Assembly: GCA_002382085.1 (NCBI GenBank)
Contig: DFZK01000014.1
Span: 15,653-79,652 of the forward strand
Direction of reading: 5' to 3'
Origin: Sulfurospirillum sp. UBA4058
Lineage (GTDB): Bacteria > Campylobacterota > Campylobacteria > Campylobacterales > Sulfurospirillaceae
DNA length: 64,000 bases
Shown here: piece after piece, positions 60,602 through 64,000 of the stretch
How the letters are laid out: every line of letters begins with the position of its first letter
Numbering within the stretch: the first letter of the stretch is position 1
Notes under the pieces: model-generated
Database searches by the model: none
The model's input: only the letters and a program-made list of their open reading frames with translations
What the model was told of the DNA's origin: nothing
Program-made: the position numbers and the translations under genes

Positions 60602-63600
60602 TTAATAATGACATAAGTCTTGTGTATGAATAGCCTGAGTGCTCGCACCTAATGCTGGATTTTGAAGGATCGTTTGAGCGGAAGCTAATGCAACATTGGA
60701 TAAATCACCAGATTTTGCATAATTCCACGCTAAATCACCACCTAGTGCTGCTGAATCACTTGAGCTTAAATGAGCATCTAATAGTCCATTCATCGCATTC
60801 CAGCTATTGAGGCGCGGATTGGCTGTTCGCGCTTCATCAAATGCTTCAACTAAGGCATGAAAATCAAATGTCTCGACATTTGGTTTTTCAGTAATATCTA
60901 CATGTAAAAACCCAAAGTGATATTCATAGGTCGATGAAACCATTTGAAGTGTGTCAAAATTTTGATTTTCGGTGTTAGTATACCAATTTTTTAAAGTAAC
61001 CTGAGAGTTACATCCCATATCTAATATAAGATCCTCACCTTTTTTACGCAGATTAATGTCATCATAATCAACATCGCCCAATGAAAGCGTATTATGTGCT
61101 CCAGATGCCGGCAAGATCGTATCCCAACCGTCACCACGGTTAAAAGCAAAGACATTGTATCCTACTCCACCATTGAGCGTGTCATCATGTGAACCGCCTG
61201 CTATAAAATCATTCCCTTTGCCTGCCGTGATGGTGTCTTTTCCGCTACCTCCAAGTAATATATTATTACCTGAGCTATCTTTGAGATAGTCATTACCGCA
61301 TGCACCACTTAAAATATCATTGCCGCATCCACCATCTAATGTATCATTACCGATATCGCCGTAAAGGTAGTCATTGCCGCCTTCTCCGTAAACAGTATCA
61401 CCACCGCTGTATGCATAGACAATATCATTGCCCGTTCCTGAATGAATAACATTACTGAAAGGACTTGCATAGATGATGTCATCGTTTCTTCCCGTTTGAA
61501 TGGTCGTTTGCCAAAAAGATGCATACATGACTTGTGTTTTAATCAATAAATCATCGAGTGTTTTACTGCTACCATCGGCAAATGTAAAATGCTCAATCGG
61601 AGATACAAATCGCCCACATTTATCTTGGCTTACTTCAAAATCAAACCCTTGATCTGCTTGCTCGCATCCACCCGCATTTAAGATACGCACTTGTGCTATC
61701 AACTTACCATTAACGTTTGCAACACGAAGCGCTACATTCTCCAATGATAAGCCTTGCGTAAATTTAACGGTATCTTCGCCTTGCGTTTCAATGATCGTGT
61801 CAAGCCCATCGCCAAGGTTATAAACAAATGTATCGTTACCAAGACTACCGATGAGCGTATCATTACCAACGCCACCCTCTAAAGTATCGTTGCCACCTTT
61901 TCCATCGATATAGTCATCGCCTGCTCCACCAAAGATATAATTGTCGCCATCATTACCAATCAATGTATTATTGGTACTATTGCCACCTGCATTAATGGAA
62001 CTATTTCCCAGCATGGTAAGATTTTCAACGTTTTCAGGAAGTACATAGCTAACAGATGAATAGATCGTATCGATACCTTCATGGAGATTTTCAATAACTT
62101 TATCTTGCTCATTGTCAACATAATAGCTATCATTTCCTTGAGCACCAAGCATTGTATCGGCACCTTTTTTGCCATCAATGATATTATCCAATGCATTTCC
62201 TTGAAGAATATTGTCCAAATCATTTCCTGTTGCACTTTGAGCTTTATCACCAACAAGAGTAAGATTTTCAACATTATTGGATAATGTATAAGAGACACTT
62301 GAAATAACGCTATCAATGCCTTCATTGACATTTTCAACGATTGTATCTTGAACGTTATCAACATAATAGATGTCATCACCTACTCCACCAGCCATAACAT
62401 CAGCACCAATGCCACCATCAAGGATGTTAGACGCACTGTTTCCAACTAAAACGTTATCAAGTTCATTCCCTGTCGCATTGATCGCTTCATTGCCAAGCAA
62501 TTCTAAACGTTCTACATTGGCAGATGCGGTATAACTGACAGATGAGCGAATGGTGTCATAACCTTCATTGAGATTCTCAGCCACCGTATCTTGGACGTTA
62601 TCAACATAATAAATGTCATCACCTGCTCCACCAATCATGACATCAGCACCAATGCCACCATCAAGGATGTTAGACGCACTGTTTCCAACTAAAACGTTAT
62701 CAAGTTCATTCCCTGTCGCATTGATCGCTTCATTGCCAAGCAATTCTAAACGTTCTACATTGGCAGATGCGGTATAACTGACAGATGAGCGAATGGTGTC
62801 ATAACCTTCATTGAGATTCTCAACGACTGTATCTTGGACGTTGTCCACGTAGTAGATGTCATCACCTGCCCCACCAATCATAACATCAGCACCAATGCCA
62901 CCGTCAAGGATGTTAGACGCACTGTTTCCAACTAAAACGTTGTCAAGTTCATTTCCTGTTGCATTGATCGCTTCATTGCCAAGCAACTCTAAACGCTCAA
63001 CATTGGCAGATGCGGTATAACTGACAGATGAACGAATGGTGTCATAGCCCTCATTGACATTCTCAACGACTGTATCTTGGACGTTGTCCACGTAGTAGAT
63101 GTCATCACCTGCCCCACCTATGAGTATATCTTTGCCTGCTTGCCCATCCAAAGTATTTGACGCGCTATTACCTACTAAGATGTTATCTAAAGCATTGCCA
63201 GTAGCATTGATATTTTGATCTCCTACTAATGTCAAGTTTTCGACATTGTCTGAAAGAGTATAAGTGACTTGAGCGATCACTTGATCAATTCCTTCATTGC
63301 CTTTTTCAACGATAGTATCATCGACATTATCCACAATATAGGTGTCATCACCTACTCCACCAGCCATAACATCGGCACCAACACCGCCATCAAGGATGTT
63401 GGAAGCACTGTTACCTACTAAGCTATTGTTCAATGCATTACCTGTTGCATTAAGAGTTTCAGTTCCTGTTAAAAAGAGATTTTCAGTGTTATCTCCCAAT
63501 GTCCATGAAACACTTGATTTGATCGTATCAATTCCCTCATTGGCAAGCTCTATTACAGTATCATTAGCATTATCAACAATATACGTGTCATCGCCTGTGC

Positions 63601-64000
63601 CACCGCTCATAGTATCCGCACCCAGTCCGCCATTGAGAATGTTGGAAACGCTATTACCTACTAAAACATTGTTAAGCTCATTACCCGTCGCATTGATCGC
63701 TTCACTTCCAAGAAGTTCCAAGCGTTCAACATTTGCAGATGCAGTGTAACTGACGGATGAGCGAATGATGTCATAACCCTCGTTGGTATTTTCGACAACG
63801 GTATCATTGGTATTGTCGACATAGTAAATGTCATCGCCTGTTTTACCGGCCATAACATCGGCGCCTGATCCTCCATCAAGGATATTGTTTGCACTGTTAC
63901 CTACTAAGATATTGTTCAATCCATTGCCTGTTGCATTGATCGCTTCGGTTCCTGTTAAAAAGAGGTTTTCAGTGTTATCTCCTAATGTCCATGAAACACT
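60602..64000 (-). CDS. giant RTX-type calcium-binding repeat protein (partial; 5' end beyond window)
   Basis: Frame is open to position 64000. At least 9 tandem ~81-aa modules, then GGxGxD nonapeptide blocks (GGAGDDYIDGKGGNDTLEGGVGNDTL; GEGGNDYLYGDIGNDTLDGGCGNDIL) and an unrepeated C-terminus. Confidence 0.9.
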   Translation of the reverse strand, partial: SVSWTLGDNTENLFLTGTEAINATGNGLNNILVGNSANNILDGGSGADVMAGKTGDDIYYVDNTNDTVVENTNEGYDIIRSSVSYTASANVERLELLGSEAINATGNELNNVLVGNSVSNILNGGLGADTMSGGTGDDTYIVDNANDTVIELANEGIDTIKSSVSWTLGDNTENLFLTGTETLNATGNALNNSLVGNSASNILDGGVGADVMAGGVGDDTYIVDNVDDTIVEKGNEGIDQVIAQVTYTLSDNVENLTLVGDQNINATGNALDNILVGNSASNTLDGQAGKDILIGGAGDDIYYVDNVQDTVVENVNEGYDTIRSSVSYTASANVERLELLGNEAINATGNELDNVLVGNSASNILDGGIGADVMIGGAGDDIYYVDNVQDTVVENLNEGYDTIRSSVSYTASANVERLELLGNEAINATGNELDNVLVGNSASNILDGGIGADVMIGGAGDDIYYVDNVQDTVAENLNEGYDTIRSSVSYTASANVERLELLGNEAINATGNELDNVLVGNSASNILDGGIGADVMAGGVGDDIYYVDNVQDTIVENVNEGIDSVISSVSYTLSNNVENLTLVGDKAQSATGNDLDNILQGNALDNIIDGKKGADTMLGAQGNDSYYVDNEQDKVIENLHEGIDTIYSSVSYVLPENVENLTMLGNSSINAGGNSTNNTLIGNDGDNYIFGGAGDDYIDGKGGNDTLEGGVGNDTLIGSLGNDTFVYNLGDGLDTIIETQGEDTVKFTQGLSLENVALRVANVNGKLIAQVRILNAGGCEQADQGFDFEVSQDKCGRFVSPIEHFTFADGSSKTLDDLLIKTQVMYASFWQTTIQTGRNDDIIYASPFSNVIHSGTGNDIVYAYSGGDTVYGEGGNDYLYGDIGNDTLDGGCGNDILSGACGNDYLKDSSGNNILLGGSGKDTITAGKGNDFIAGGSHDDTLNGGVGYNVFAFNRGDGWDTILPASGAHNTLSLGDVDYDDINLRKKGEDLILDMGCNSQVTLKNWYTNTENQNFDTLQMVSSTYEYHFGFLHVDITEKPNVETFDFHALVEAFDEARTANPRLNSWNAMNGLLDAHLSSSDSAALGGDLAWNYAKSGDLSNVALASAQTILQNPALGASTQAIHTQDLCHY
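62398..63126. repeat. three near-identical 243-bp tandem repeats inside the RTX gene
   Basis: The string CAGCACCAATGCC recurs at 62401, 62644 and 62887. Copies 1 and 2 are almost identical at the DNA level. Confidence 0.9.

Noticed and set aside
61730-64000. Regular repeats that might be mistaken for a CRISPR array
   Set aside because: The period is 243 bp, the repeats are in-frame coding modules of one long ORF, and there is no short repeat/unique spacer alternation. No cas genes are present.

Overview
This 64-kb window looks like a Campylobacterota (Campylobacter/Sulfurospirillum-like) chromosome, judged from gene content and synteny: ruvA-ddl-murF, pta-ackA, hemC/proS/hemA/ispB and hrcA-grpE-dnaK. 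All product calls come from reading motifs in the supplied translations; no searches or alignments were run.

The core is dense housekeeping DNA, roughly 40-45% GC on hand-sampled lines. Two clearly more AT-rich accessory segments interrupt it.

(1) Island at ~10.5-14.3 kb. It carries a lysozyme-like gene, a DUF1311/LprI-domain secreted protein, and a translationally coupled GT2 glycosyltransferase plus SPASM/twitch-type radical SAM pair. An 18-bp perfect direct repeat bounds it. The left copy sits in a complete 7-6-7 inverted-repeat, dif-like core site, and the right copy lies just upstream of a XerH-like tyrosine recombinase gene. This is the architecture of a Xer-exploiting integrated element (IMEX).

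(2) Island at ~57.4 kb to the window end. It is an operon-like cluster of a giant RTX repeat protein (5' end outside the window), a HlyC-type acyltransferase, a HlyD adaptor and TolC. No ABC exporter is in view.

The most unusual sequence-level signal is the 10-bp palindrome TTACATGTAA. It occurs 12 times exactly, plus at least 11 one-mismatch copies, against a hand estimate of about 0.1-0.2 expected. Copies lie in coding and intergenic DNA on both strands, which resembles an uptake-sequence or HIP1-like highly iterated palindrome.

No rRNA genes, tRNA genes or CRISPR arrays were seen.
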